Below are positions 13,153 through 26,929 of a DNA stretch of 64,000 nucleotides, piece after piece. The notes below the pieces were generated by a model. It had not been told where the DNA came from and did no database searches. It worked only from the letters and a program-made list of their open reading frames with translations. The number at the start of each line of letters is the position of its first letter. The stretch's first letter is position 1. The stretch spans positions 5,208,001 through 5,272,000 of the forward strand of contig OX597821.1 of the NCBI GenBank assembly GCA_951406725.2, read 5' to 3'. Both the position numbers and the translations under genes were made by a program. The DNA is from Octopus vulgaris. Its lineage: Eukaryota.

Positions 13153-14387
13153 TAAGTTCATTAAGAATGCACCAAGTTTGAGAGTCGTTAACTCTAATAT
13201 TTAATCCTGACAATTCTTCGTTTTACAACATTGAAGACTTACATCATAACTTTTCGAACGTAATTTATGCTTTCGGATTATATTGTGAGTTTTCTTTTGT
13301 AAATCAATTTTGAACCCATGGATAGATTTAAAAAATCATGTTGTTCATGAATTGAGTTCTATCGTGGAACCGTGCATCCCAGACAGCTCAAAGCATCAAT
13401 GCAGTGTTTCGTAATGATGTGGCGAATGCGTGCACTTTACGTCAATAGTTTGAGATGTTCCGGTCTGGTGACTTTTCTCTTGCAAATCAGCCCCGTGCTA
13501 GACCTGAGACGAAGGTGGATAATGAAGAGCTGGAAACTGTCGTAGAAGCAGATAGATCTCAAACTACGCGTGAGTTAGCAGCAAAGCTTAATGCTTCGAA
13601 TCCATCTGTATTCGACTATCTTAAGCAAATTGGCAAAGTAAAGAAGCTGGACAAGTGGGTACCACATGAACTGAACGAACATGAAACGTCACGTCGTCTT
13701 GAAATTTCACGGAATGAAAGCGAAGAATCTTTGCATCGTATTGTTACGTAGGAGGAAAAATGGTTTCTTTTCAACAAGCCTTCTGCACAGTGGTTGAATA
13801 AAGATGAAGTGCCAAAACACAATCTAAAGATGAATATTCACCAAAAACGCTAATGGTGTATGTTTGGTGGTCCAGCGCTAGTGGCATCTACTACAACTTT
13901 AGGAGACCCGGTAAATCAATTACATCGGATGTATACATCAACCAACTGGGTGAAATGATGAGGGCACATGCAATTATACAAGCGAGATTTGTCAATAGAG
14001 ATAGGCCAGTTCTCTTCCAAGACAATGCTCGACCACATGTTGCACAAAAAACGCTACTCAAGTCACAAGAACTTTACTTCGAAGTAATCTGTCATTCACC
14101 ATATTCACCAGACCTTGCACTAACTGACTATCACGTTTTCCAGGCATTAGATAAATTTTTGCAAGGAACAAAACCCTCAAATCTGAAGTAGATGCAAAGA
14201 CAGCCGTTCGTGATTTCAACACCTCTTGCTCTTCACAATTTTTCGTTGCCGGCAAAAATAAGCTACCGATGAAATGGCGAAATTGTGTTGATAATTTAGG
14301 TGCCTACTTTTACAAAATGTATTGCTTTTTGTTGACATAAAGTAAAATAAGTTCGAAATCGGACATTTAATTCTTAATGATTTAATA
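13153..14387 (+). mobile_element. mariner DNA transposon (~1.24 kb), cecropia/Hsmar1-like, with degenerate TIRs
   Basis: TCATTAAGAAT at ~13158 inverted to ATTCTTAATGA at ~14370; TA-rich flanks; contains a transposase pseudogene. Confidence 0.85.
13318..14330 (+). pseudogene. mariner DD34D transposase pseudogene (stops and frameshifts)
   Basis: ORFs 13455-13751 and 13853-14191: LKQIGKVKKLDKWVPHEL, HRIVT*EEKW, QDNARPHVA, YSPDLALTDYH. Confidence 0.93.
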
Positions 14388-14395
14388 TTTATAGA

Positions 14396-15032
14396 TGTAT
14401 AAAATTTTAATTAAGAAGAAAATGTAGAAATCTTGATCAACCACAATTGACTACCATCGATTATCATTTTTTAATACAAAACTTTATCCCACCTAACAGC
14501 CGTTTCTGCTTCCAATGGCCTACATTATTGCCAAAGAAAATTCTGAGAACAATATTCGTCATATTTTGTAACACGTTCCATCTGGAATATGGAGCTTCAT
14601 CAGAGTGAAGAAAAATACATAGAATAATAGAAAAGAAAAGATGAGCCTCGAGAGGAGGAAAGAAGGTTTATTATATTTGAATCACATGATTTTGCAGTGT
14701 AAAGCTTCATGCCGTTAAGTAAATGACTATACTAGAAAATTAACTGATGGGTTAATCTTTCTTTAGGGGTTACAGTGTGTATAAATAATAAAACGTAAAA
14801 CAAGTACTTTAGCATAACGGGATACGCCAATAGGTCTAGAAAAACAGAGAGTGATAGTGACATAACGTTTAGAAGTAATCATAAAATTCTTAAGAATATG
14901 TAAATAGTACTAATTAATACTTATCCAAATAACAATAATAATAATGATAATAATAATAATAATAAGAAGAAGAAGAAGAATAACAATAATAATAATAATA
15001 ATAATGATAATAATAATAACAATAATAATAAC

Positions 15033-15125
<93 letters not shown>

Positions 15126-15129
15126 TAAA

Positions 15130-15160
<31 letters not shown>

Positions 15161-15648
15161 TATCAAGTATGATCTAGCAAACTGTAGTAGGAACCTGTAT
15201 CAGTAACTATAATTGTATTTAGCAAGTGATTTAATTGTAATCACTTAATTAATTTGGAGATTTGCACTTATAACCTCTCATAGGTACACTAGACTGAATG
15301 TATTTAGGAATGTTTAGACATTTACTGTTTCTCCATTAAGACCACCGTTTGTGTACTGTGGTTGTTATTTCAGAAGATAAACTGAATATAATTCTATAAT
15401 CGAAGGTCAATTCCCTAGCCATTAATCCCCTTAACGGTAGTCTCCCCTTAACCGTGGATCCTACCTTCGCATGTTACAAAATATGACGAATATATTCTCA
15501 GAATTTTCTTTCCCAACACTGTGGGGCATTGGAAGCAGAAACGGCTGTTACATGCGATAAATTTTGTATTATAAATTAATAATCGATGTTAGTCAATTGT
15601 GGTTGATCAAGATTTTTCTATTTTCTACTTAATTTAAATTCTGATAAA
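14396..15648. repeat. inverted repeat with ~180-bp arms (14396-14574 / 15471-15648) enclosing a (TAA)n tract (14927-15160)
   Basis: AAATCTTGATCAACCACAATTGACTA, TAACAGCCGTTTCTGCTTCCAATG and ATATTCGTCATATTTTGTAACA all recur as reverse complements. Confidence 0.88.
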
Positions 15649-16048
15649 CTGTTGTTTCACTTTGTCATTGCCTCTAACCTCTGAGTATAATATGCTTGCA
15701 TATGTATTCCTAGAGTAATTTATACCGGTAGTATTTTCTCTTAGACGGTTCTTCCAACCGCTAACTCAACTAACCTGTGTGTGAGAGGGAGAGGGAGAGA
15801 GAGGGTGTGTGTGTGTGAGTCAAAAAGTAATATAGACAGCGGTGTGGGATGTGTTACCAAAAGGGAAAATCATAATTGTCACTAAATATGACTAGGGTCT
15901 TAGAAACACCTACATTGCTAGAAATAAGAGCTAAAACTTTCTAATGCTATAGTGAAGGCACATATTTGTTCACATATACACTGACAGGGACTATAACCGC
16001 CCGAAAACAACGATTTATACACACACACATATACACACACACATATAC

Positions 16049-16089
<41 letters not shown>

Positions 16090-17086
16090 AACATACATAT
16101 GCATATATTTCATGCGTTGTACTTATAGAAATATCACTGAATTATGTGATTTCATGTTAGTGAGCTAGTTGAATTGTTACCGCGCCGTAAAAAATATTTA
16201 GCGACGCTTCTTCCAGCTATTCAGGTTCAGGATTCTAGTTCCGCCGCGGTTAACTTAGCTCTTCATTCTTTTTAGGGTGATCAATTAAGCAGCATTTGAG
16301 TACTGGGGCCAATCTAATCAACATGTATCATAACTCAAAAAAATTACTGGACTTTTCAAGTATTTGAAGCCATTATTTTACCAGCGACGTTGAGGGATTA
16401 GAAAGATCTGTAGTACGTGGAGGAATGCTTTGAAGTGCTGGTTTCATTTTACTTTTTCATATATTTTCTATGTTCAAATGACGCTGAGTGAACATAGATT
16501 TTCATCCCTCCGAGGTCGTTAAATTAAAGCATCAATCGATGGAATTAAATAACACTTCCTCTCAAACTCGCTGAATTATGATTCAATTAGAAATAATTAA
16601 TTTTACCGGTAAAATCCGACGACATCGCGTGATTTTTTTCCATAGTTCTTTATTAATTTACTTCTTGTCTGTAAATAAGGAAATCAACGGAAATTATATT
16701 CAACAAATTTTCGATGTTATGTTCATTAACAAACCTTTTTAAAATTCCTAAATACGACAACATCCATTAACAAAAGAGAAATACTAATTGATATATTAAT
16801 ATTGTAATGCGATGTTCTAATGCGAAAAATAAAATAAAGACAGCCGTTAGTAGATTAATAATATAAACAATAGTTATTAGTTGTACAAATTAATGTTTGT
16901 CTAGCTTTGTAGTAAAGAAATGAGAATAATTTCGAGAATGAGGAATGAAAAATGTTTACCGCGAAAATAAATATTTACTCTTGATTAATAGATCAAAGAG
17001 AAATAATATATCAGTGAAATTATTAGCATTCACCCAGGCTTGTACCAATTTAGGTACCCCGCACTACCAAATATATGAATAGGTTG

Positions 17087-17132
<46 letters not shown>

Positions 17133-17376
17133 TATATATATAATATATATATACACACACACTTATATATGCACATATGTGTATATATTTAGATATATAT
17201 ATGTGTATATGTATATACATATATATATATATATATGTGTGTGTGTTTATATATACATATACACATGTATATATCTAAATATATACACATATGTGTATAT
17301 ATATATATATGTATATATATATTTATATCCAACCTATTCACGTGTTTATATATATATGTGTGTTTATATATATATG

Positions 17377-17455
<79 letters not shown>

Positions 17456-17529
17456 TTATGTATATATCTATCCAACCTATTGTGTGCGTGTGTGTGTGTG
17501 TCTGTATGTTTGTCTTTTACCTTTTAATC

Positions 17530-17895
17530 TAGCTGTTTCTGTCATTGGCCTGCAGCCAAACAAATCGACCCTGGAACTTATTTTTTCATAAGCCTGCTAC
17601 CTATTTTTTTGCTGTCTTTTGCTGTCCAACCGGTAACGCACGTACACCAAAACAGTTGTCAAGAGCTAACGGAGGACAAATACAAACACAAAATAATACT
17701 CACACAGATATACATATATACTACAAACTTCTTTCATTTTCCGTCTACCAAATCCGCACACAACTATTAGCTCGACCCAAAGTAGAAATGTCTATCATAG
17801 AAATTACTTGGCAAATACTTGCCGCGCCTTGAGACTCAACAAGGAACTGCGTGTTTGAGAAGCAAAATTCTTATCGTATAGCCACCCTGCACCCA
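17530..17895 (-). mobile_element. SINE family A, old degenerate copy
   Basis: CAAATCGACCC, TTTCCGTCTACCAAATCC and other family A blocks in order. Confidence 0.7.
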
Positions 17896-18124
17896 CAACA
17901 GCGATGACGGTGATTTATCCGCTACTGACAACATAAGCAAGAGTCCTTGTATGCAATAAGTATTATCCTGTAATTATATATATATTTTCCCGAGTAAGAA
18001 CATAAATGTGAAACAAGATGGGAAAGATAGCATTGGAATATGCTTTATTATTAATGCTGCAAAACCATCGCTTGAAACTCCCGCTCGTCGTTCCAGTCCA
18101 TCGGACACGATTAACGGGAACGCG

Positions 18125-18467
18125 AAACTCTGAGTAGTCGAGCAAATAGATCCCAGTACTTATTCTAGTAAGTCTAGCACTCATTCTATCGGAATATTTT
18201 ACAGAACTACAAAGTTACGGGGACGTAAACACACCAACATTGGTTGTCACGCGATGGTGGGGCGTTAAACCGAGACACACACAAATATATATACATACAT
18301 ATATACGACGGGCTACTTTGACTTTCCGTCTACCACATCCACTCAAAAAGGCTTTGGCCGTCCCGAGGCTATCGTTGAAAACGCTTTCCCAAGGTGCCAT
18401 GCAGTGGGACTGTTCCTGGTACCGTGTGGTTGGGACGCAAGCCTCTTGCCACACAGCCATGACTGCA
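18125..18467 (-). mobile_element. SINE family A, degenerate copy
   Basis: AAGTTACGGGGACGTAAACACACCAAC, TTTCCGTCTACC, CCCAAGGTGCCATGCAGTGGGACTG. Confidence 0.8.
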
Positions 18468-18799
18468 TCTAGATACACACACAAACATATGTGTGTGTGT
18501 GTGTATTAGCTAGTGTGTGAATAATACATGTGCAGTAATGGCGACAAAATCTCTTTCGTATGCATACAGCTGTTTCTGCTCTAAGTAAGCGTACATGAAC
18601 AACTGAACACCTCTGTAGGATATCACGTAGCCTTGTCGGCACAATTTGAATGAACATATGTCTAAATACATCCACACACACATATACCCACACAACCACA
18701 CACACACATATAGATATACAGACAGTTACGTAAATATAGAACGACGAGAATGAGTGCTCCACACCGCATTGGTGGATAGAAGGTCTTAATTCTCGTAGC

Positions 18800-20405
18800 A
18801 AGGCTGCCATTAATTTCATGCTAATAAAAATATCTTTATATCTTAACAGATATCTTTACATGTTTGTCGCCATTTTGATTGAAAACACAGTCTCGTGAAT
18901 TTGCAGAAAGTCTTGGAACGAAAACAATAAATCTAAGGGCACTACCCTTGGTTGATAATTTTTGAGTGGTTATTTACCTTGGATTTGACATTTGAGAAAA
19001 ACAGTGTATAACAACTCTCTGGGCAATAAATTTGTTTCCATTATATAATATTCTGGCTATACGTGATGTTCGTATATTTGGTTTGTGCGCTGAGGTAGTT
19101 CGCCATGGAGGCATGTTTCTGCTATGTGTAGAGCTCATGTGTTTTATATATTCGAATTTGACATCAAGCAAAAGAAACGATCCTGGTGGGGTTAGCAGCG
19201 CAGGTGGTGGTTCCTCTTTGATGTGTCTAAGAGTGAAATATTGCTTGTGTATGCAGGGAGAGTAGGTTTCATCTCCAATATTTAGGATGTTATATGTTCA
19301 CTGTATGATATTTACGTTTTCAGTGGTACACATTTGATACCTCGTCCTCTGTATATTCTGGCCTCAGCAATGATGTCCCATTCTATCTGAGGATTATATA
19401 TACCTTCTTCATTCAATGTTCATATCATATTGCATCTTTTACTTTTGTCCCGGAAAGACGGCAGGTGTTGCCCGTCATTCCGATATACGCCTGTGATACT
19501 CGGTTGGGATCCATGAATTTAGCTTTGCATATAAGTTCTTCTTCCGGAGAGTTGTTATTTAGAAAACAGTGATTTGGGGAACTACATTTACATTGACTTT
19601 AGTTGGTATTTCTGGTGTGTTTATTGTTATTGTGGTCGAATATTATTGATTCTATATTGAGGAGGCAAATTCAACAGTGTTTCTGTTGGAGATTTTGTGA
19701 TATTTTTCTCAATGCGAGAAATGATGAAAAATTAAACTTAAGAATTTTCTGGTTATGTTAGGGGCTACATTCATGATATACGGTGGGTTAAACCATAATC
19801 TTTTCCACTGTCTGTGTCTTCGTAGTCTTTTTAAATTTCGTTCAAACTTTATGCTTTCTTATAGTATCGAGCGGCCGTTGAAAAGTGTCTTCATCGGCGG
19901 ATAATAGGGGACGCGCCTGCAAATGTTATTAACTAGTTGTTTAATGACTACTGGTTAGTGATGGGAGCACCTGTCTATGTAAGAGATTTCCTCATTTGGC
20001 TTATTGTAGAGTTTAAAGTTGACGCTCACACCACCAGGGTAGTTTCTCTTTCTGAACGCGGAAATTGAATATATATATAGCACGACCTCTATAGAGGAAA
20101 CATGCTCCAATGAGGATCTAACTCAACACACAAATATACAAATATCACATATACCCGGAATATAATATGGAAACAAATTTACCATCCAACATTACTGGTT
20201 TCCCAAATGTCATATTCGAGCAAGATAACTACCCAAAAATGTGTTATCCAAGAGTCGCGCCCCTTAATTTATGGTCTCCTTTCCGAGACTTTCTGCGAAT
20301 TCACAAAACTGCTTTCATCTAAAACAGAGACGAACATGTGATCAACTTAGAAAATTGTAAAAATATTAAGATATCTTTCTTAACATGAAACCAATGGTAT
20401 CCTCA
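18800..20405 (-). mobile_element. decayed Penelope-like element (RT thumb + GIY-YIG) flanked by ~350-bp inverted pseudo-LTRs (18800-19160 / 20060-20405)
   Basis: minus-strand translation FKLYNKPNEEISYIDRCSHH*PVVIKQL, WFNPPY.MNVAPNITRKFL, YIGMTGNT, IEWDII; arms share GAATT.GCAGAAAGTCT.GGAA and AAATTTGTTTCCAT in inverted orientation. Confidence 0.8.
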
Positions 20406-20444
20406 ATACACACACACACGCATACACACATATATATATATATA

Positions 20445-21170
20445 TGACGTACCCTGTAATTTCCGGGAAAGCGGAGCTTATCTCTTGGATCCGTTCGCAT
20501 ATTGTTTCACTAATACAATAACAACAATGCAAAGTATGTAACCTTTAAAACGGTTTTTGTGCATTTACAGAAAATACAGAACTGTCTTAAACAGGACTTT
20601 GTTTTTGAGAATTCCCATTTGTGAGTCAGTTATGTAATAACATGAAATTAGTTGTCCGATAGTAAAACTTCAAATAAAGTAGCCCCGAAAAGAGTTTAAT
20701 GCCTTCCCAGAGTATTAGAACATGGGAAGAAATACTAATAAGGTATGTATACTAAAATTGTGAGGCTTCTTACATAATAACAGGCTAATCAGATATGAGG
20801 TAATAACAATTGAAAGTAAATAACTCTGAAAAGGGCTTACCCCTTCGTTTGATATACAGGACAGACCCCTTCGTTTGATATACAGGGAAATGCACAGAGA
20901 AAAGGAGAAAGAAAATAGGTAAAAGGGATGGGAACAGATAGTCGGGAATAAAAGAATGAAGAGTTGATAATGTTACATATATAAATTTTTATACGGTCCG
21001 TAATCTTGTCGCATCTTAATAACTATTTACATTCTTAGTCCATTCCTTTCTAACGTTTATCACGTCGGCTATTTAATTCATCACTGACTCAATGAGAAAA
21101 GTAATAGCAACGAATTTAAAGTCGTTAGATTGAATTGCCGAAAGAATGCGGTTTTTGGTTTCCAATGCCA
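20445..21170 (-). mobile_element. possible highly decayed Helitron 3' end (helicase C-terminus + subterminal hairpin)
   Basis: minus-strand SGKALN...SFTIGQL...KNKVLFKTVL resembles SQGQTL...FSHGQL...KNVVYKEVL; hairpin CCCGGAAATTACAGGG near 20451-20467. Confidence 0.35.
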
Positions 21171-21176
21171 AGGAGA

Positions 21177-21390
21177 GATATTTCGGGTTTAATTTGTCCT
21201 TCTCCATACTTTGTTAGATAGTTCGTGTTTAATTTGTCCCTCTCTCTAATTTGTTAAATATTTCAAGCTTAAATTGTCTTTCTATCTAATTTGTTAGATA
21301 TTTCATGTTTAATTAGTACTTTCTAATCTGTTACATATTTCATGTTTAATTTGTCCTTCTGCCTAATTTGCTCGGCATTCCACGTCAAAT
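21177..21390. repeat. ~40-bp minisatellite, about 5 diverged units
   Basis: unit approx. GATATTTCATGTTTAATTTGTCCTTCTCTCTAATTTGTTA. Confidence 0.85.
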
Positions 21391-21834
21391 TTAATTAAAC
21401 GTATATATATATTCATATATAATTGTAATATAATTTAAATTATACCCTGTACTTTGCCGTAAATACACTCCATTTAATTGGCGTGCTATATTTGTACTCC
21501 GTAGCTCTGGTTCCCTTAAAACAATACATAATAATTGCACTCAATAATTTCACCGTATATATAGGTATATATGGGTTTCGCACACTATATACGGGTATAT
21601 ATACACATACGTATATATCTGTGTGCATGTGTGTCTTTATAAGTGTGAGATAGAGAAAGGTGTTTGTGTCGGGGAAAATCCCACAATACAGCATATATCT
21701 AATAGTCAACAGTTTCGGACCGCTATAAAACAAAATGGCCGATGATAAATATATTTACGTTCACTTTTGGAAGAGAAAGCAATATAACAATGAAAACAAG
21801 TACAAGAGAAGTATCGCAAGAAAACCAACAACCA

Positions 21835-22133
<299 letters not shown>

Positions 22134-22666
22134 CAGTGTCCTCAACGTGAACAAAGAAACCCCAAAATATATTAAGCAAAGAACTGCGGCAAACATAATA
22201 ATCACCATTAAATCATACCTAAGTGGACGTTCCTTTCTTGCTATGATACAAACAATCCATTATACGTAAAATAACTGGTCATAAACAAAAACCATACAGG
22301 AAAGTTAATTGCCCTGAGAGTTTGTGAGGTGATGGACAGAACCGACTGACGGAACCGAAAGATTTATAGTCTTAGGGCAGCGTTAGTCATTTTCATTGGA
22401 GAAAAACTATCGATACTGATCAAACGCTAGTTAATCAAAGTAATTGGAAGGATTAATCCTCTATTCATATGTACTTGGTGCTAGCATATGTACGTGTGTG
22501 TATATTTCCAAATATACGTATGTGTATATATATATAGATAGATAGATACACAGATATATATACACAAGTGTATATAAACATATTACGTATTCATCTATAT
22601 ATATGTGTGTGTATGTATATACACACGTGCATATAGATATATGAATGTATGTATGTATTTATCTAT

Positions 22667-22749
<83 letters not shown>

Positions 22750-22897
22750 TTCGAAATGGTGGTCATTTTGCCTGTTTAGCCAATATATACATAAAACATA
22801 CATATATGCATATATATATCTAGATATACATGCATATATATATATATATATATATATAAATATATATATATGTCTGTATGTGTGTGTGCATCAATCT

Positions 22898-22952
<55 letters not shown>

Positions 22953-23461
22953 TGTATGTGTGTGCTTGTATGTACACCTGTGAGAATTCGATTGACCAAC
23001 AATGACTGACCTTATTAAAATATATTTTATGTGTATAATAATCATTTTAATTCGCTTTATTATGTTCTTGTAATAAATAAATATACAAATATACAATGAA
23101 GCTGAGAGAGACGAAGAGAGAGACAGAGAGAGAGAGAGAGAAAGAGAGATTGCTGACTGAGAAACACATACAGACAAGCACAAAGAGAGACAGGGATTGA
23201 CTGATAGACTAACAAATATATAAGAGGGGCTACAATCAGTCTTTACAAATAGAGATGTGTCAATAAATCATATGTATGATAATTGCTTAGCAATATATTT
23301 TTTTATTTTTTTCATATATATTTTTGTTCTTTTTTGTCACATTCCTTTATTTTTTCATTTTTTTATATTTTTCATCTCTAAAATGAACAAATAATGTCGA
23401 GACATCGGTCAAATGTTTTTACTCTACTTAAGATTTATATCTCACTTTTCCGCTAGATTTG

Positions 23462-23462
23462 C

Positions 23463-23526
<64 letters not shown>

Positions 23527-23527
23527 G

Positions 23528-23586
<59 letters not shown>

Positions 23587-23599
23587 ATTATTATTATTG

Positions 23600-23664
<65 letters not shown>

Positions 23665-23913
23665 ATTATCATTATTATTATTATTATTATTATTAATATT
23701 ATAATAATAATAATAATAATAATTATTATTATTATTATTATTATAATTATTATTATTATCATTATTATTATTACAATTGTTACTGACAGGTTACTGACTT
23801 CATTTTTTAGTGTATTTGGCTAGAATTAATGTAGACAGTAAGTGTTATAAAACAAAACACTTTTTTCTGTTTTAGTCCTTTATTATTATTATTATTGTTG
23901 TTGTTGTTGTTGC

Positions 23914-23994
<81 letters not shown>

Positions 23995-24006
23995 CGTTGT
24001 TGATGC

Positions 24007-24051
<45 letters not shown>

Positions 24052-24110
24052 CATCATTATTATTATTATTATTATCATTATCATCATCATCATCATTATT
24101 ATTGTTATTA

Positions 24111-24171
<61 letters not shown>

Positions 24172-24262
24172 CATCATCATCATCATTATTATTATTATTA
24201 TTATTATCATATTATTATTATCATCATTATTATTATTATTATTATCATTATCAATATTATTA
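23462..24262. repeat. two (TTA)n/(TCA)n microsatellite tracts (23462-23775, 23880-24262)
   Basis: direct reading. Confidence 0.96.
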
Positions 24263-24649
24263 ATCGAATTATCATGATAAATTGAAACAGTAGACATATT
24301 CGCTTGGCGTAATTCCACTCTTTCAGATTTACAGCTTTGCTCAAACTATACTTGTTACTGTTCAGAGAAAATTAAAAGTTCTGAAAGAATTTATTCTTAG
24401 ATTTTTGATTTCCAAGTCTGAAGTGAGGAGGTGAGTTGAGTGCGTATCCAAAAAACTGGAAGGCATATATGTCATGGCGACACAGATGGGAAATGGACTT
24501 TGGAAATATTTTTGTTTATCTTTCTTGTTGTCCATCCTTGATTTCTTGTGCCACGACAAGAGACCTCCCGTTTCTGATCTACATAAAAATAAGATATCTA
24601 CAGGGCGTTCAAAACGTCTCTCCGCAGTGAATTTCTTTTCATCCTGCAC

Positions 24650-24850
24650 ATCACCATGGCGCTACTTTAAGAGTTTTTCAGTGGACGGATTACTTCGAAG
24701 GGACTTTGGCCACCAAGATTACCTGATTTAACACTGACTGCCTTTTTCCTGAGGAGCAAGTAAAGGATCGGTGTACAAGAATTACCCGAAGACCATTAAA
24801 TACTTACTACGGAGAGACTTTTTGAACATCCTAAATTTCAGACGAACTAA
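24650..24850 (+). pseudogene. Tc1/mariner-superfamily transposase C-terminal fragment
   Basis: frameshifted WPPRLPDLTLTAFF...VKDR.YKNYPKTIKYL matches the WPPRSPDLTPLDFFLWGxxKxxVY motif. Confidence 0.65.
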
Positions 24851-24949
24851 TCAGGGAATGTTTATGATACTTGGTTACTAAACAGGCCAGAAATAACAAC
24901 CTACCTATCATTCACCTCACAGCTTCCAGTAAACGTTTACCTTTTGCTA

Positions 24950-25275
24950 AGGCACTGTCTTGGAGGAGTTAGCTGAGCAAATCGACCCTAATAATAATTC
25001 TTAAGTCTGGTACTTTACTTCTATCGGAATCTTTTGTACAACAACAAGTTTATAGAGATGTAAACAAACTAACACCGTGTGTCAAATGGTGGTGGGATAA
25101 ACACAAACATGCATAAGCATATATTTATGACGGGCTGCAATACACTTTCCTTCCAAAGTTATTCACGAGGCATTGGTCGGACTGTGACTATATTAGAAGA
25201 GAATGGCCAAAAATGTCATACGGTGGGACCGAATGCGAAAAGAAGTGGCTGCAAGCGATCTTTTTTACCGCAAAT
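24950..25275 (-). mobile_element. SINE family A, old degenerate copy
   Basis: GAGCAAATCGACCC, TTCTATCGG, CTATATTAGAAGA, GTGGGACCGAA blocks in order. Confidence 0.6.
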
Positions 25276-25744
25276 CCGCGGATAACGTAATCTTCGATGA
25301 CTGCCTTCAAACCAAAGGATCTACATATTACTCTCATGAATCAACGGTAATGGATGTAGGAAATAGATTGAGCTGCGAGAAAATGCAGCCAAATCTCTTT
25401 CAAATCATCCCTTACAGTTATTTTTTAAAAAAGAGAACGCATTGAAAGATATATCACTAAGTACACTCCGTCTGGAATAAAGATTAGCAATATCAAGGCC
25501 AAATTAGACAATATGGTTCTTCGCAGACAAGGATGGTCATGAGAGGAATGCTTTAAGTTATAGATGCGCTTAGTCAAACTTTCTTATACGAATACACAAT
25601 CCTATTTACTTTTAAAATAATCTTAGTAATTTCATTATTCACTCATTAAATTCCGACAGTTCTTTATATATTTATGTAAGAACATTTCCAGCCAGAGAAT
25701 GGATGGACGGATAGATGGACAGACAGACTGGCAGACATAGAGAC

Positions 25745-25828
<84 letters not shown>

Positions 25829-25829
<1 letters not shown>

Positions 25830-25994
25830 TGTTTCTTTATTAGCCACACAGGGCTGCACACAGGCAGGACAAAATTACAAGGTAGAGCTTTTCTTTTGGG
25901 AGTAAAAGAAGGGGGTTTGGTTTTCGATCAAAAGGGATCGTAAATGGAAAGAAAGAGGACAAAAAAGGTGGGGATAAAATAATTAAAAAAAAAT

Positions 25995-25995
<1 letters not shown>
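25829..25995 (-). mobile_element. 3' end of a retroelement inserted inside a (GATA)n array (arrays at 25745-25828 and 25996-26138)
   Basis: minus strand ends TTGTCCTGCCTGTGTGCAGCCCTGTGTGGCTAATAAAGAAACAT followed by (ATCT)n; (ATCT)n also upstream. Confidence 0.6.
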
Positions 25996-26027
<32 letters not shown>

Positions 26028-26043
26028 CAGTCAGATAGATAGG

Positions 26044-26138
<95 letters not shown>

Positions 26139-26929
26139 CTGTCACGTTTTAAGCCTTCAACACTTGATAGAGTCGAGAGAGAGGGAGAGTTGTGGCACAG
26201 AGCCAATGTTGGATAGCTTTTGTATACTCGGTGAGCCCATCCTTGTTTAGGCCTAACCACTGCCATCTTCTAGAAAGAGGGAAAGAGAAAGACTCAGAGA
26301 AATAGAGAGAGGGGGAAATGATCCACTTGAAATACTGAAAACAAAATAAGGGAGACTGAAGAATAGAATGGAGAAACGATGGAAGGGTAGTTTGCCAAAG
26401 AAGTGTGCAGGAATACAGGCGCCGATAGAAGTTGTCATCGTGGGTTGTAATGATCAAATATGATCATGAAATTGAATATCGAAGGCTGCATATGGTGGAT
26501 TGTGAATAATGAGAGGGAAAATCCTGTTTGATTTTAGATATTACACCCTTATGATGACAAATATTGGACGGAAAAGAGAAGCAGATATTATGATGATTTG
26601 GAGAAGGTGAGCGTTAATTTGGTCGAGCAGGCTAGTTATTATTTTTGTTCCTCAATGGTAGACGTAATAGCTTCATTTTACTTAAGGATGTGTTACTTCT
26701 GTTATGAATTAATTCGAAAACAATCTCCAGAAAAAGATGACATAAAATACAATTTTCCTTGGAAAAGTTCTTGCTGTAATAAATCAAAAATCTATAAGAA
26801 TAATCTTGGAAGGAAGCGTTAGTAATCTAGCCACAACGGCATGACTGGGAATAACTGCATACGTTCGAGATGAAAACCAGTGATAATACTTTGTATATAA
26901 GCACCAGGCTTGGCATCTGGTGTTGAGGA

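Noticed and set aside
21177-21390. CRISPR-like regular repeats
   Set aside because: Contiguous tandem units with no unique spacers, eukaryotic context and no cas genes
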